Of a DNA stretch of 64,000 nucleotides, positions 11,548-23,415 are shown in pieces (position 1 is the first letter of the stretch; every line of letters begins with the position of its first letter). Below the pieces are notes generated by a model. It worked only from the letters and a program-made list of their open reading frames with translations. It was not told the DNA's origin and did not search any database. The DNA is taken from the NCBI GenBank assembly GCA_964016885.1, contig OZ024740.1:118544001-118608000 (forward strand), in the 5' to 3' direction. The translations under genes were made by a program, and so were the position numbers. The stretch comes from Eledone cirrhosa. Its lineage: Eukaryota.

Positions 11548-14011
11548 CAGGGGTCACCAAACCTTTTTCACAGTGAGCCGGATAACTGAAAGAATGACGA
11601 GCGCGGGCAGCATAATCATTATGTTCAATACTTGCAAGCCAGAACGAAAGCTCTGGGAAAAAAGACGAAACACTACGTTTAGCATTCCATGTTAATCATG
11701 GGTGAGTGGCGTGCAATGCACAAAAAACAAAGACAACCAACATATTTATTTACTAAAAAGTTATCAAAGAAGGCGACGTTAGCAAAAATATAATTACATC
11801 AGACCTAGTGTGCACATATCCGAATCTTACAAACTAAGCAGCAAAAAAGGTTAGTGATATTTGAGAAAATGACGTTTGGCTTTCAAGATATCATCAATGT
11901 TTGGTTTGGAATTGCTGCATCCAATCAAGAGAATTGCTTTCAAATGTTCATCCGTCAATCTCGTTCGATGTGTTGACTTCACATACTTCATTTTTGAAAA
12001 TGTTTGCTCACAGACATAAGTTGTTCCAATCAATGATGCCATACCAGCGGCAAATTTCTTCAATTTCGGAAACTCAACATCAGGTAAGAAGCGGTAACAT
12101 TCAACAAGTTTTCCTTCTCTGTGCTTCTCTTTCAACAAGTCCTTTGCTTGCAAATCAATGAGCTCCAACTGTAGTTCAACTGGCACATCATCAAGGTTAC
12201 AATCAAACGGATTCTGGAACAGAAGAATGTCACTCTCAATTCTGTCGAGATCTGAAAATCTCTCCAAAAAATGATTCTTCAAGTCATGAATAATCTTTTT
12301 AGGAAAATCGAGGTTGACATCTTCAGCAATTGTAGCACAAAACTCTTGGAAACAGTGAAAATGAGAGAAGTTTTCTCCTTCCAGTTGTGCTTCAAACAAT
12401 GACAGCTTTCCCCGAAATCCTTTGATGATTCTGTAGAGATCACAGACGAGGTTATCCTTTCCCTGAAGTTTCAAGTTCAGTTCATTCATGTGGGATGTGA
12501 TGTCGACCAAAAATGTCAACTTTGACAGCCAGGTAGGATTTGACAGCTGTGGATCAGCTCTATCTTTTTCAGTGCGAAAAACATCTATTTCGTTTCGGAG
12601 CTTGTAAAAACGAAACAGGACTTTACCGCAGCCGAGCCACCTCACTGCTGTGTGATAAGGCAAGTCACAGAAAGCAGAATCAATTTCTTCAAGAACTGAC
12701 GGTGATTGAGTGCATGTTCCCGAATGAAGTTCACAGCAGAAACGACTGGTTTCAATACACAAGAAATATCCAAGTCTTTCCCACAGAGTGCTTGCCGATG
12801 TATGATGCAGTGTATGAACAGAGCGCCCGGAATTTGCAAATCTTCCAACTGAGTCCTGATCTGCCCGACCAGACCCTTCCTCACTCCAGCCATGTTTTTC
12901 CTCCATCAACTGTGACACCTCGAAGCTGATTCCACTGAAGGTAGGATCTGACAGCTGTGGATCAGCTCTATCTTTTTCAGTGTGAAAAACATCTATTTTG
13001 TTTTGGAGCTTGTAAAAACGAAACAGGACTTTACCGCAGCTGAGCCACCTCACTGCTATGTGATAAGGCAAGTCACAGAAATCAGAATCAATTTCTTCAA
13101 GAAAAGCCTGGAACTGACGGTGATTGAGTGCATGCCCCTGAATGAAGTTCACAGCAAAGTTTTCTGCACATCCATGAAAATGTCTTTTCCAGTTGTTGTT
13201 CAATGCATGCAGCAAATGGATGCCAACTCTTCCGTTATCTGAAAGTCCAAATTGACACCACGAATGAACACCAGAAGTTGTGATGTACTCGAGAGATCAG
13301 TAGACTCATCCAGCGCCAGAGAATACCACAAATTCCTAGCTTTCTCGCGTATCTGTAGCACTATGTTCTCTCCAAGTTCGTCTGTTCTCCGCACAACTGA
13401 ACTTGCCGAAAGGCTGATACTTCTAAACAAATCGGCTTTCTCAGGACACAAGTCATTTGTTGCTTCCATCATACACTCTTTGATGAAGTTGCCATCAGTA
13501 AACGGTTTTCCTCGCTCTGCCAACTTATGCACTATTTTGTAACTTGTATGAGTGACAGATTCATTTTCAGCAAACTTTCTCGTGAAGAGATTTCTTTGAG
13601 TTTCTAAACCACGTTTCATGGACTCATATTTCTCAGAGCGTAACTTTCCAGAAAACTTTGAATATGTTAATAGATGTTTTGTTTCATAGTGACGCCGAAG
13701 ATTGTACTCTTTCAAAACGGCAACACTTTCACTGCATACCACGCAACTAGCTTCTGGTCCTTTGTTTCCACAAAGAAGTACTTTACTCCCCATTCTTCAT
13801 TGAAAACGCGACACTCGGCGTCCACTTTTCTTTTCTTAGTAGCCATAATAAAGGGTGAAGAAAACGGGATCTGAAAATGAAGAAGACATTGAATTAGAAA
13901 CATCTCGTGTTCCATCTGTTTTATCACACAAATGCAAGTACCGTCGGCGGGCCTGATGAACTGATGACGCAAGCCTGAGCCGGCCCGCGGGCCGTAGTTT
14001 GGTGACCCCTG
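11548..14011 (-). mobile_element. hAT DNA transposon (Charlie/Buster/SPIN-like group), full length
   Basis: TIRs caggggtcaccaaac / gtttggtgacccctg; 8-bp TSD atctagat at 11540-11547 and 14012-14019. Confidence 0.95.
11851..13846 (-). pseudogene. hAT transposase (GTF2IRD2/EPM2AIP1-like), frameshifted, with an internal duplication
   Basis: MATKKRKVDAECRVFNEEW; BED-like CVVC..LRRHYETKH; SLALDESTD; HCIIHRQAL; VRWL; TTYVCEQTFSKMK dimerisation region; split over several frames. Confidence 0.92.
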
Positions 14012-14250
14012 ATCTAGATGTATGTTAATATTTTCTAGTCTCCTGAAACCTTTGGTAATGGAGTAGTTATATTGTGTTGTTTACTTTCTAATTAGATATA
14101 TTTATATATAGCAGGAAGGATACATATACATATATTATCCTTGCATGGTTTAAGAGGTGAATAAAAGGGTTAGAATCAGGAAAGGCATCTGCCTGTAAAA
14201 CATTATCTCAAAACATCTTGTCTAACCTATGCCAGCATGTGAAAACAATG

Positions 14251-14282
<32 letters not shown>

Positions 14283-14286
<4 letters not shown>

Positions 14287-15039
14287 ATTTTTCGGAATAA
14301 TTAGATGCCCCGGAATATAGAACACATTTTAAATTTAACTCGAATATCCAGGAAAAATAAAATTAAGGGGAATTTAACACTATTAAAGCAATTAAAATTT
14401 TAATCACTTTCAAATCTTATAAAATCATGACTACTGCCATCCTCATTGATTTCCTGTCTGTCACCCTCCTCTAGCTCTGAAATTCATCATCTTCCTTGCA
14501 TTTCTTGGGATCATCGCTGTTTTCAGAATCACTTTTGTCGCTATCATTGTACAGTAAAGCATCTTTAGTGCCATCTAGGACATTGCTGATGTCACATTAT
14601 TTAAAGCATTTATAACTGGCTCGCTTTTCGCAGCAACCCATGAGTTTTTCACCCACTGTGTTACCTGGGAAAATGTCGCCTTTTCATATGCCCTGTTGGT
14701 GTCAGTTCATGTTGTGGGTCCTTGATCGAATTATCCCATTCTTCTTTCATGTGTGCCATAAAAGGCTTGTTTAGCGAAACATTAAAGGGTTGTAATTGAG
14801 TAGTCAGTCTACCAGGTACGACAGCTATTTCACTTTTTAAGTTCTTTGCACTCCTTGATCCCAAAGAAGAAGGTATACTTTTGAAAATTTAAACAAAAGT
14901 CTAAATATATCCTACTTTTTAATTATAATATTTACGTACGGTAATTAATCGAAACCTGACCTTCACCTTATAAGACGCACAGTGATTTCGAGGGTCAAAT
15001 TTTGAAAAGGAAGTGCATCCTATATTCCGAAAAATATGG
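14283..15039 (-). mobile_element. Internally deleted pogo/Tc2-type (Tc1-mariner superfamily) transposon
   Basis: TIRs cc(t/a)tatttttcggaata, TA flanks; DDE_1-like remnant VPGRLTTQLQPFNVSLNKPF..HELTPTGHMKR at 14661-14864. Confidence 0.85.
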
Positions 15040-15054
15040 TATATATATATATAT

Positions 15055-15277
15055 ACCGTAGGAAAAGTTTGGTGGAAATATCTAAAGGTAAGAGCATTCA
15101 GTCCATAGGACTAGTTTAGTATAAATATTTACAACACTGGCATAAACAAGTACTTAAGTTCCGTTGGGTTCTGGACCCCAACTCATTTAGCCTGTCATAA
15201 GAAAAATGTAACAGGCTGAATGAATTGGGGTCCTGAACCCAACGAAACTTAAGAACCTGTTTATGTCACTGTTGTAA
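15055..15277. mobile_element. Fold-back mini element with a hammerhead-like fold in each arm, in (TA)n
   Basis: Inverted arms 15129-15195 and 15211-15277; right arm reads acagg-CTGAATGA-attggg..cccaac-GAAAC-ttaa-GAA-cctgt; (TA)n on both sides. Confidence 0.75.
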
Positions 15278-15600
15278 TTATATATATATATATATATACT
15301 ATAGATTAAAGCATGTCCAGAGAATTATTTGATAATATATATTCATCATCTCTACTCCCAATCAGCATAATTAACCACACAAAAAATCAATTAGACCGGG
15401 CTATGAGAATAAAAGGCTCCCATGAAGAAACAGTAAATAAATACGCCACAGCAACGTCTTCGCGGCCAACCGCTATAGAATATTTACCCAACATTTCAAC
15501 AGCACGTGGAAATTAGTTAAATATACGGTTAACCATACATAATTAGGTAAAAATTAAAGTTAGAAATGCTTATATACATACCAGGATTAAAATCACTAAA

Positions 15601-15678
15601 TCCCGACCCATGTGTTTCGCTCACATTTTGAAATATCTTATTAAGGATAAATCTCGAGTTTAGAGCTCTTCAGGCGAC
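15601..15678 (-). ncRNA. Type I hammerhead fold inside a (TA)n-flanked PLE-like terminal fragment (~15300-15795)
   Basis: Minus strand: tcgc-CTGAAGA-gctc...gagc-GAAAC-acatgg-GTC-ggga; stem II gctc/gagc; stem I has one mismatch. Confidence 0.68.
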
Positions 15679-15814
15679 AAACTCGCTAGGACAGATTATT
15701 TTCCAAAGTGGCCCCCGCCAAACACGAATTCAAAATGGTTGAGAACTGTGACGTGGCAGTGGTCAAGTGAGGAAGGGTGTGATTGGTTGCTAACACATAT
15801 ATATATATGTAATA

Positions 15815-16082
15815 TAAAAAGTGCTCAGTCGATACTGTAAAGTAGTTGTGTAGGTGTCCCAACAAAAAGCACCCAGTCCATGTTGTAAAGTGGTCGTGTA
15901 GATGACAGGGTAAAAAGCAGCCAGCACACACTGTAAATGTGGTTGTTGTTAGGAAGGACATCCAGCCATAGAAACCAAGCCAAATCAGTCCTGTGTGAGC
16001 GAATCATGTTCCCCCGACCTGATCCCTCACAAAGGGACAGCCTGTCCTACCCATGCTAGCGTGTAAAATTGATGTTAAACGT
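15815..16082 (+). mobile_element. RTE-related 3' end fragment with ~47-bp units
   Basis: actgtaaa..taggtgtc..aaaaagcacccag units, ttaggaaggacatcc, gatgttaaac. Confidence 0.75.
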
Positions 16083-16187
16083 ATAGAGTATAGAACATAT
16101 ATATATATATTAAAATAACAGATTAAAGTTTAAGCAAAGAATCGCTGCTTTCACACTTGATTATCATTATTATTATTACTATATAGC

Positions 16188-16368
16188 ATCATCATTTCAT
16201 TTTACGTCCGCTTTTTCCCTGCTTGCAAGGGTGGGACGGGAACTGATGCTGGCTTGATTTCTACAGCTGGATGCCCTTCCTAACACCAACCTCATTTACA
16301 GTGAGTGATGGGTGCTTGTTTGCCGTGGCACCTCCACGACCACTTTGCAGTGGAATGATATGGACCCT
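16188..16368 (-). mobile_element. 3' part of a tRNA-derived SINE with an RTE-type tail (same family as 59760-60090)
   Basis: Reverse complement of 59910-60085. Confidence 0.8.
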
Positions 16369-16539
16369 GATATATATATATATGAGAGAGAGAGGCCCAT
16401 ATGTAATAACCACTTTTTAGAGCAATGGAAAGTTGTCAAAGGGTTGTGTAAATTGAAGGTGTAGTTGCTACTTTTCTTACTTCTTAATAGTGTTCTTGCA
16501 ATTATTTTTCCTTATATATTCTATATATATACAAGTGGG

Positions 16540-16750
16540 GAATTGCAGTATCAGTAGAGCATTGGGCAAGATGCTTTGCAGCATATAGTTACATCTCTTT
16601 ATGTTTTGATTTCAAATCCTGCTAACGTTAGCTTTACCTTTCATCCTTACAGGTCGATAGAAACAGGTTCCAGTAGTGCACTGGGTTGATTTAATCAACC
16701 TTTTCCTCTCCCAGTATTGTTGGCATTGTGCCTAAACCAGAAACAATTAT
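16540..16750 (+). mobile_element. Diverged tRNA-derived SINE, Nin-like central domain
   Basis: gcagtatcagtagag..ttcaaatcc..cctttcatccttacaggtcgatag, like the reverse complement of 27730-27906. Confidence 0.6.
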
Positions 16751-17059
16751 ATATTTTATATATAGTAAATATATTTCAATCTAACGTGAAAGGAGTAAAA
16801 GAGTAGAAAAGAAAAATAGATTATTGAAAATATTTCACAAGCTGTTATTGATTTGTTGATTGACTGACCCTGAATATTCATGGTGTGTGAAATTATATGT
16901 GTAGTCATCATTAAGAAACTATTTCAGATATTATCATCATATACTGTCTGCTTCTTCTGCTAGCCAGGCTATATAGGTAAAAGCTATATATAATTGTTTA
17001 CTCCTAGTTAAGAACTTCAATTGTAGTTATACCACTATGAAAACACCTGTGGTTCACCT

Positions 17060-17241
17060 AATCCCTGGTAACAATTAATGAGGATATTGCTATGCCAGTC
17101 ATAGGGTATGACACCATTGAGTATTACATAACTGATTATGTGGGTGACTACCTCAACTCTTACTTCCCCAGATTTCAGCATCTTTGCAATTAGCTCAGAC
17201 ACACCAGCAGCTTTAACATTCCGCATATCATAGATTGACAA
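17060..17241 (-). mobile_element. Decayed RTE LINE RT N-terminal fragment
   Basis: KAAGVSELIAKMLKSG..IPYDWHSNILINCYQG matches the 55.8-kb ORF. Confidence 0.7.
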
Positions 17242-17699
17242 TTTAAAGGAAGGAAGGGGGTCAGTTTAACTTAGTGGCTGTTTCTGGCTGGTTCAGCAAC
17301 CTTGTGTATGATCCACCTTCACATATACATATATATGATGGCTGCCCCTTTGTTAACGAGTATGGCAATTGCATGATATACCATTATTAATAATTATTAA
17401 TTAATTCTACCATGCAATCCCTGTGCGTGAAGATCTTTTTTTAAAGTGAGGAAAGACTGTGCACTGAGCAAATCCCACTCTCTGAGCGACAGTAGCTATA
17501 ACCCAAAAAGAAGAAAAGATCAACATCATTGGTAACTAATGAACCGCAGGTTTTATGTCAGAGTTATTCCAGTTTCCTGAGTTGCCTTTTATATATATAT
17601 ATATATATACATCTTCGGCGCTATGCAGTTATACAGAAAACACGCATTCCATTATATACGAACTTAAACCTACTCAGTAGGCCCCTCTTAAAAGAATAT

Positions 17700-17936
17700 A
17701 CACCCCAGCCCACACCTCATCCTCCCATTTCTGTCCACTGTAAAGTGGTCATCAAGGAGACACAGTTAAAAGGCTCCAAGTCTACACTGTAAATGTGGTT
17801 GGTGTTAGGAAGGGCATCTAGCCATAGAAAAGCTGCCAGAAACAATTCTGTACAAGTGAGACATGGTCAACCAACCAATCTTGCCTCAAGTGGGACAAGC
17901 CTGTCCAACCCATGCTCGCCGTTAAATGATGATGAT
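17700..17936 (+). mobile_element. RTE LINE 3'UTR fragment
   Basis: cactgtaaagtgg, ttaggaagggcatc, ttgcctcaagtggga, (GAT)n tail. Confidence 0.72.
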
Positions 17937-18282
17937 CTTATATAAGAATGAAATGTTGAACTAAACTAATTATGAGAAAAAAAGAGATTGAGATGATGCT
18001 TCACAAAAAAACCCCCCTCAAATATGCTTATGTATATCACCATAGAAATAATTGTTTTACAAAGCATGTTTGAATTTTGGAAGTTTGTTTGCTTATTGTA
18101 AGCTGCAACAATGCAATATTAAATAGTCAAACAATTGATGAAAATAAACCCCTACAGATGTATTATATCTAAAACTAATGTATGGAACGATGTAATGGTG
18201 GTGTGGTATTGGTGGTGGTGACTGTCTGGGATCTGATTTGCACTGATACTTCCATCAGCAACAACCTGCTAAATTTACTAAA

Positions 18283-18927
18283 TGAAGCTTGCATGCTCTG
18301 ATAGATGTGTAATACTAATATACACAAGCGACAAAGCACATACGAATTGAGAGAGTGACTAAGCATAAGAGGAATCAAATGTTGTGTGCAGGAGAGGAGA
18401 TTGCATTGGTATGGACATGTGATGCGTATGTAGGATGACAGTTGCATAAAAAGGTGCAGAGCACTAAAAGTCGATGGAAGCCTTGGAGTGGGGAGACCCA
18501 AGAAGACCTGGAATGAGGTGATAAAAATTGACCTTGCTCAATTGCACCTTTCAAAGGCACAGGACTGAGACCTCTGGCGTTACACAGTAATACAGAAGAC
18601 CTGAATTCCCACAGCTGCAAGCCAAAGCTGAAGCATATAGACAATATTCCCCCATGCTCCTCCCACTGTAAAATGGTCGTGTAGTTGTCACAACAAAAAG
18701 CACCCAGTCCATATTGTAAAGTGGTTATGTAGGTGCCATGGTAAATAAGCTCCCAGTACTCACTGTAAATGAGGTTGGTGTTAGGAAGGGCATCCATCTG
18801 TAGAAACCGAGCGTAAATCAGTTCTATATGAGCAAGACATGGTCACCCGATCTGGCATTGTCCACAACAGGACAACCTGTCTAACCCATGCTAGTGTGGA
18901 AGAATGGATGTAAAACGGTGATGATGA
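18283..18927 (+). mobile_element. 5'-truncated RTE LINE copy (ORF C-terminus and 3'UTR)
   Basis: gaagcttgcatgctc..ggtatggacatgtgatgcg homologous to 57318-57460; 3'UTR units and tail. Confidence 0.88.
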
Positions 18928-19265
18928 AGACTGACAATCCATTGCGCAAGTAGTTAAAATTTGAAAGCTGTAATATCACCCACTTTCTGATGGCTTTATC
19001 ATTGAACATATAACAGAGGTGTCATTTGGCATCCTATGTCCAGAAACCACATCCCTACTTTGTGTAATTGGGATAGATTTGACCACCCACTACAATGAAC
19101 TCACAAATAAGACTTGCGTTTACAGCACATCTCCCCTATGCAATTCTGTCTGTTGCAATTAAGAGGCAATAACCACTTAAGATTTTGCACTTCATGGAGA
19201 CAGAAAGAGTAAACAAAAGAATTGCATAACTTTTCATTGGTTGATTAACACTGTTACCATTGGTC

Positions 19266-19301
<36 letters not shown>

Positions 19302-19514
19302 GGCCAGCATGTTATGGCAAGTCACATCAGAGAGAGGAATAGTTCCTTTGTTTTCTTCAGAAGAAGAGATATTAATCTTGAAATATCAAGACATATGAAT
19401 AAATTGGTGAAAAAAAACCCCTGTTTCTTATGATTTATTTATTTTCCATCCAAACCCTCATTATCATGGCTTTCAAACTTCGAATTCTTTACACATATAT
19501 ATATAAATATATAT

Positions 19515-20700
19515 ATGGAAGCAGGGACTAGAAAGAAGGGGTCTCAAAGTCAACCTGACAAAGACTAAGGTCCTTGTAAGTAGACGAGAAAACAGAACCC
19601 AGATCCCCTCAGGGAAATGGCCTTGCTCAGTATGTAGGAAAGTGTAAGCAGGAACCCCATCCTCTGGCACAAATGCAAACAATGGGTACACAAGGGATGT
19701 AGCAGGATCTCAGGAAGCTTAACTAAGAATGTAGGCTTCATATGTAGCAGCTGCGCTGCGATAGCAAGCAGCAAACGACCACAGGAAACAGGCACCAACA
19801 AACTCTGGGAGGGCTCTGTAGAAACAGTAGACAGCTTCTGCTACCTAGGTGACCGAATTAGCAGCGGTGGTGGGTGTTCGGAAAGTACAATAACAAGGGT
19901 AAGAATGGGATGGAAGAAGTTCAGGGAACTACTGCCACTGCTAGCTGTAAAAGACTTTTCCCTCAAAATGAAGGGCAGACTGTATGATACGTGCATACGA
20001 ACAGCAATGTTACATGGTAGTGAGACCTGGGAGCTCTCTGTAGAAGACTTGCATAGATTAGAAAGAAATGAAGCCTGCATGCTCCGATGGATGTGTAATA
20101 GTAATATATGCGAACGGCAAAGCATAAACGAATTGAGAGAGAGACTGAGCATAAGAGAAATCAAGTGCTGTGTGCAGGAGACGAGGTTGCGTTGGGATGG
20201 ACATGTGATGCATATGAAGGATGACAGCTGCATGAAATGGTGCAGAGCATGAGAAGTCCATGGAAGCCTTGGAGTGGGGAGCCCTGGGATGAGGTGATAA
20301 AAGCCGACCTTAACCAATTACACCTCTCAAAGGCGATCACACACGACCATGACCTCTGGCGTCACACAGTTATACAGAAGACCTGACCCCCCCACCCATG
20401 GGTACAAGCCGAATCTGAAGCATATAGACAATATGCCCCCACCTCTTCCACTGCAAAGTGGTCGTGGAGGTGCCATGGCAAAAAAAGCACTCAGCCTACA
20501 CTGTAAAGTGGACGTGTAGGCGCCATGGAAAAAAAGCACCCAGCACTCACTGTAAATGAGGTTGTTGTTAGGAAGGGCATCCAGCTGTAGAAATCAAGCC
20601 AGAAGCAGTTTCCGTATGAGCAAGACAAGGTCAGGCGACCGGCTACTGCCCACAACAGGACAACCCGTCTAACCCATGCTAGCGGTGATGATGATGATGA
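19515..20700 (+). mobile_element. 5'-truncated RTE LINE copy (PHD-like region to 3' end)
   Basis: ORF 19905-20252 (GWKKFRELLPLL..GRLYDTCIRTAMLHGSETW) matches the 55.8-kb ORF; (GAT)n tail. Confidence 0.92.
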
Positions 20701-20768
20701 TATATATATGTATGTGTGTGTGTGTCTTAGACATGCTAGCGTGGAAAATGGACATTAAATGATGATGA

Positions 20769-20816
<48 letters not shown>

Positions 20817-21125
20817 AAATATTAGTATTCACTTACTGTAGCCTATTTCACGTTTTTGTAAAGTAGATGTGTCTAACAAAAGGGAAGAAACACCTTACTA
20901 ATCAGTTATGCTCAATATATTCAATGGAGTTATGTAACGTAAATATCTTGATGATATGATATCCATCACTGAGTATGGTACATTGGTTCCAAGTAGTATT
21001 CAAAGGTGTAATATAATATAAACAGTATACTAGGAAAAAATAAGTTCAAAGAAAGATAATATTAATAAACTTTTCTTTGAACCTCCATAAATGTTGCCTA
21101 GTTTTCCTGATATCCTGTTTATAGT

Positions 21126-21425
21126 ATCATCATCATCATCATCATTTCATTTTACGTCCGCTTTTCCCTGCTTGCAAGGGTGGGACGGGAACTGATTCTG
21201 GTTTGATTTCTACAGCTGGATGCCCTTCCTAACACCAACCTCATTTACAGTGAGTGCTGGGTGCTTTTTTGCCGTGGCACCTCAACGACCAATTTGCAGT
21301 GGAATGATAGGGACCTCAGTCCTATCATCTCATTTCTACAGCTGAGTAAACTGGAGCAAGGTGAAATAAAGTGTCTTGCTCAAGGAAACAACACATCACC
21401 CGGTCTGAGAATTGAACTCACAACC
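21126..21425 (-). mobile_element. tRNA-derived SINE with an RTE-type tail
   Basis: Reverse complement of 59795-60085, including B-box gagttcaattc. Confidence 0.85.
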
Positions 21426-21529
21426 TTATATATATATATTTATACTGAAGCATATATATAGCATGCACCACCCAAACCACTCCCATACATCCCCCATATG
21501 GTCAAGTTGAAGTATACATCCAGTGAAGT

Positions 21530-21757
21530 CTCCAACCCACACTGTAAAGTGGTCATGTAGGCGTCATGACAAAAAGCACCCAGTACTCACTCTAAATGAA
21601 GTTGGCTTTAGGAAGTGCATCCAGCAGTGTAAAATAGGCCCAAATCAGTTCTGTGTGAGCAAGACATTGTAACCTGACCTGGCATTGCTCACAACAGGAT
21701 AACTCGTCTTACCCATGCTAGTGTGGAAAAGTGGATGGTAAATGGTGATGATGATGA
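21530..21757 (+). mobile_element. RTE LINE 3'UTR fragment
   Basis: cacactgtaaagtggtcatgtaggcgtcatgac, ttaggaagtgcatcc, tail. Confidence 0.78.
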
Positions 21758-22809
21758 CAGAATATCCGTAGATAAAAAAAGCCAAGGAAAACAATTCTCA
21801 ATCTAGTACAAGAGGGTTTATTTAGTATATATATATCTAAAACCCAAACTGAATACTAACCAATACAATTACTAATTCTCATTTATTCCTAATTAAACTA
21901 TTTTTCACTGTGAACAATTTGTCAGCATTTTCTATTCCGTTTACCAATATATCTATATATATATATAAAATCATATATATATATAATCATATGTATATAA
22001 AATTGTATATATATATATATATAATATATAAAATTATATGTATGTAACATTTTATATATATATTGTGTCCCCAAAATGATGTAATGGAAACTGCATCAGT
22101 TGATAATTTTTTAATATTTATTATTTTTTATTTAAAAGTAATCTTTTATTACTTTCACAATAGAATCTACTGTTGCTTTTATTTTTGCTGTAACAAAGTT
22201 GTTTGTCATTATGATTATTGTTGGACCTCTTCATTTTTATATTTTCTGTCATTATTCATAATTATTGTGTCTTTAGTTTGAATTTAGCCACTGTCATTTT
22301 CCCCTCTCTATTTCTGCTACAATCTATCATCATCATCAGTACAACTAACAACATCAATACGATCACCACTAATAACACACCACCAATATTATCATTATCA
22401 TTAATACCACTACTACTACTAAGACTATTAATACCACCAATTCCATCACCACGGGCAAAACCAAACCACAAAAATAAGGTTAGCTAGAATACTAAACAAA
22501 CAATTCTCAGGTGTCCTTCAACAACAAAAACATTTTCATTATTAGCAATAGACAGCTGGTTACTTGATCTGTTAGAAATAGTAACCAAATCCCCTGGATA
22601 TCACATCCCACTGTCTTAAAGAAGACTTACACACACCTAAATAAAAGATATATAAAAAGTGTGTCTCTAGGTTAGAGGCCTATCAAGCCAGATCATGTCA
22701 ATATTTCAATGGTATTGAGCAGTTGAGAATACAAGATTCCCTCCCCAGGGATGGGGATTTGGTCGACAGGGTTAACCTCCAGCTGCTGTTGCTGGTATTC
22801 ATTATTTTG

Positions 22810-22910
22810 GCCGAGGTTAACTTTGCCTTTCATCCTTACGGGGTCGATAAAATAAAGTGCCAGTAATGTACTGGGATAATTGCTGGCCTTGTACCAAAAG
22901 TAGAAATAAT
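22810..22910 (+). mobile_element. 3' half of a Nin-like SINE
   Basis: gcctttcatccttacggggtcgataaaataaagtgccagt. Confidence 0.75.
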
Positions 22911-22974
22911 GATTTTACATCTGAGTAGACTGGTCTAAAAAAGAAAGCTAAGGTCTGTCTCAAGCCTGGAGACT

Positions 22975-23415
22975 CATCAGGCTATTGCTGCTTATGCCAG
23001 TTTCTGTGTCAAGAAGTGACTGAGATTAAAAGACTTCCCCTTGGGTAGGATGCCAGTCCATCACAGGGTTAACCACCAGCTACTACTGGTACTCATTTTC
23101 GGCTAAGTGTAAATGAGGTTGGCATTAGGAAGGGCATCCACCTCTAGAAATGAAGCCCAAATCAGTTCTGTATGAGCAAGACATGGTCACTTGACCTGGC
23201 ATTTCCCACAACAGGACAACTCGTCTAACCCATGCCAGCATGGAAAAATGGTCATAAAACGGTGATGATGGTGATGATGATGATGATGATGAACACTGGA
23301 GCAATGTGAAATGAAGTATTTTGTTCAAGAACACAACACAAAACTCAGTCCAAAAATTGAAACCATGATGTTATGATCATAAGTCAAACACACTTACCAC
23401 TAAGTCACACACCTC
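22975..23415 (-). mobile_element. tRNA-derived SINE interrupted by an RTE 3' fragment (23105-23292, + strand)
   Basis: Similar to 30808-31060; insert has ttaggaagggcatcc..(GAT)n. Confidence 0.6.

Larger units (their letters stand above)
11367..14094. mobile_element. Fold-back, hammerhead-bearing PLE-type mini element (arms ~11430-11516 and ~14012-14094), split by the hAT insertion
   Basis: The hAT flanks are inverted copies of each other (taattagaaagt..ccattaccaaaggtttcagga..ctaga); TA-rich tracts lie outside both arms. Confidence 0.75.

Noticed and set aside
19350-19400. cagaagaagagat..atcttgaaat as a hammerhead remnant
   Set aside because: Core and stems I and III are too degenerate to support.
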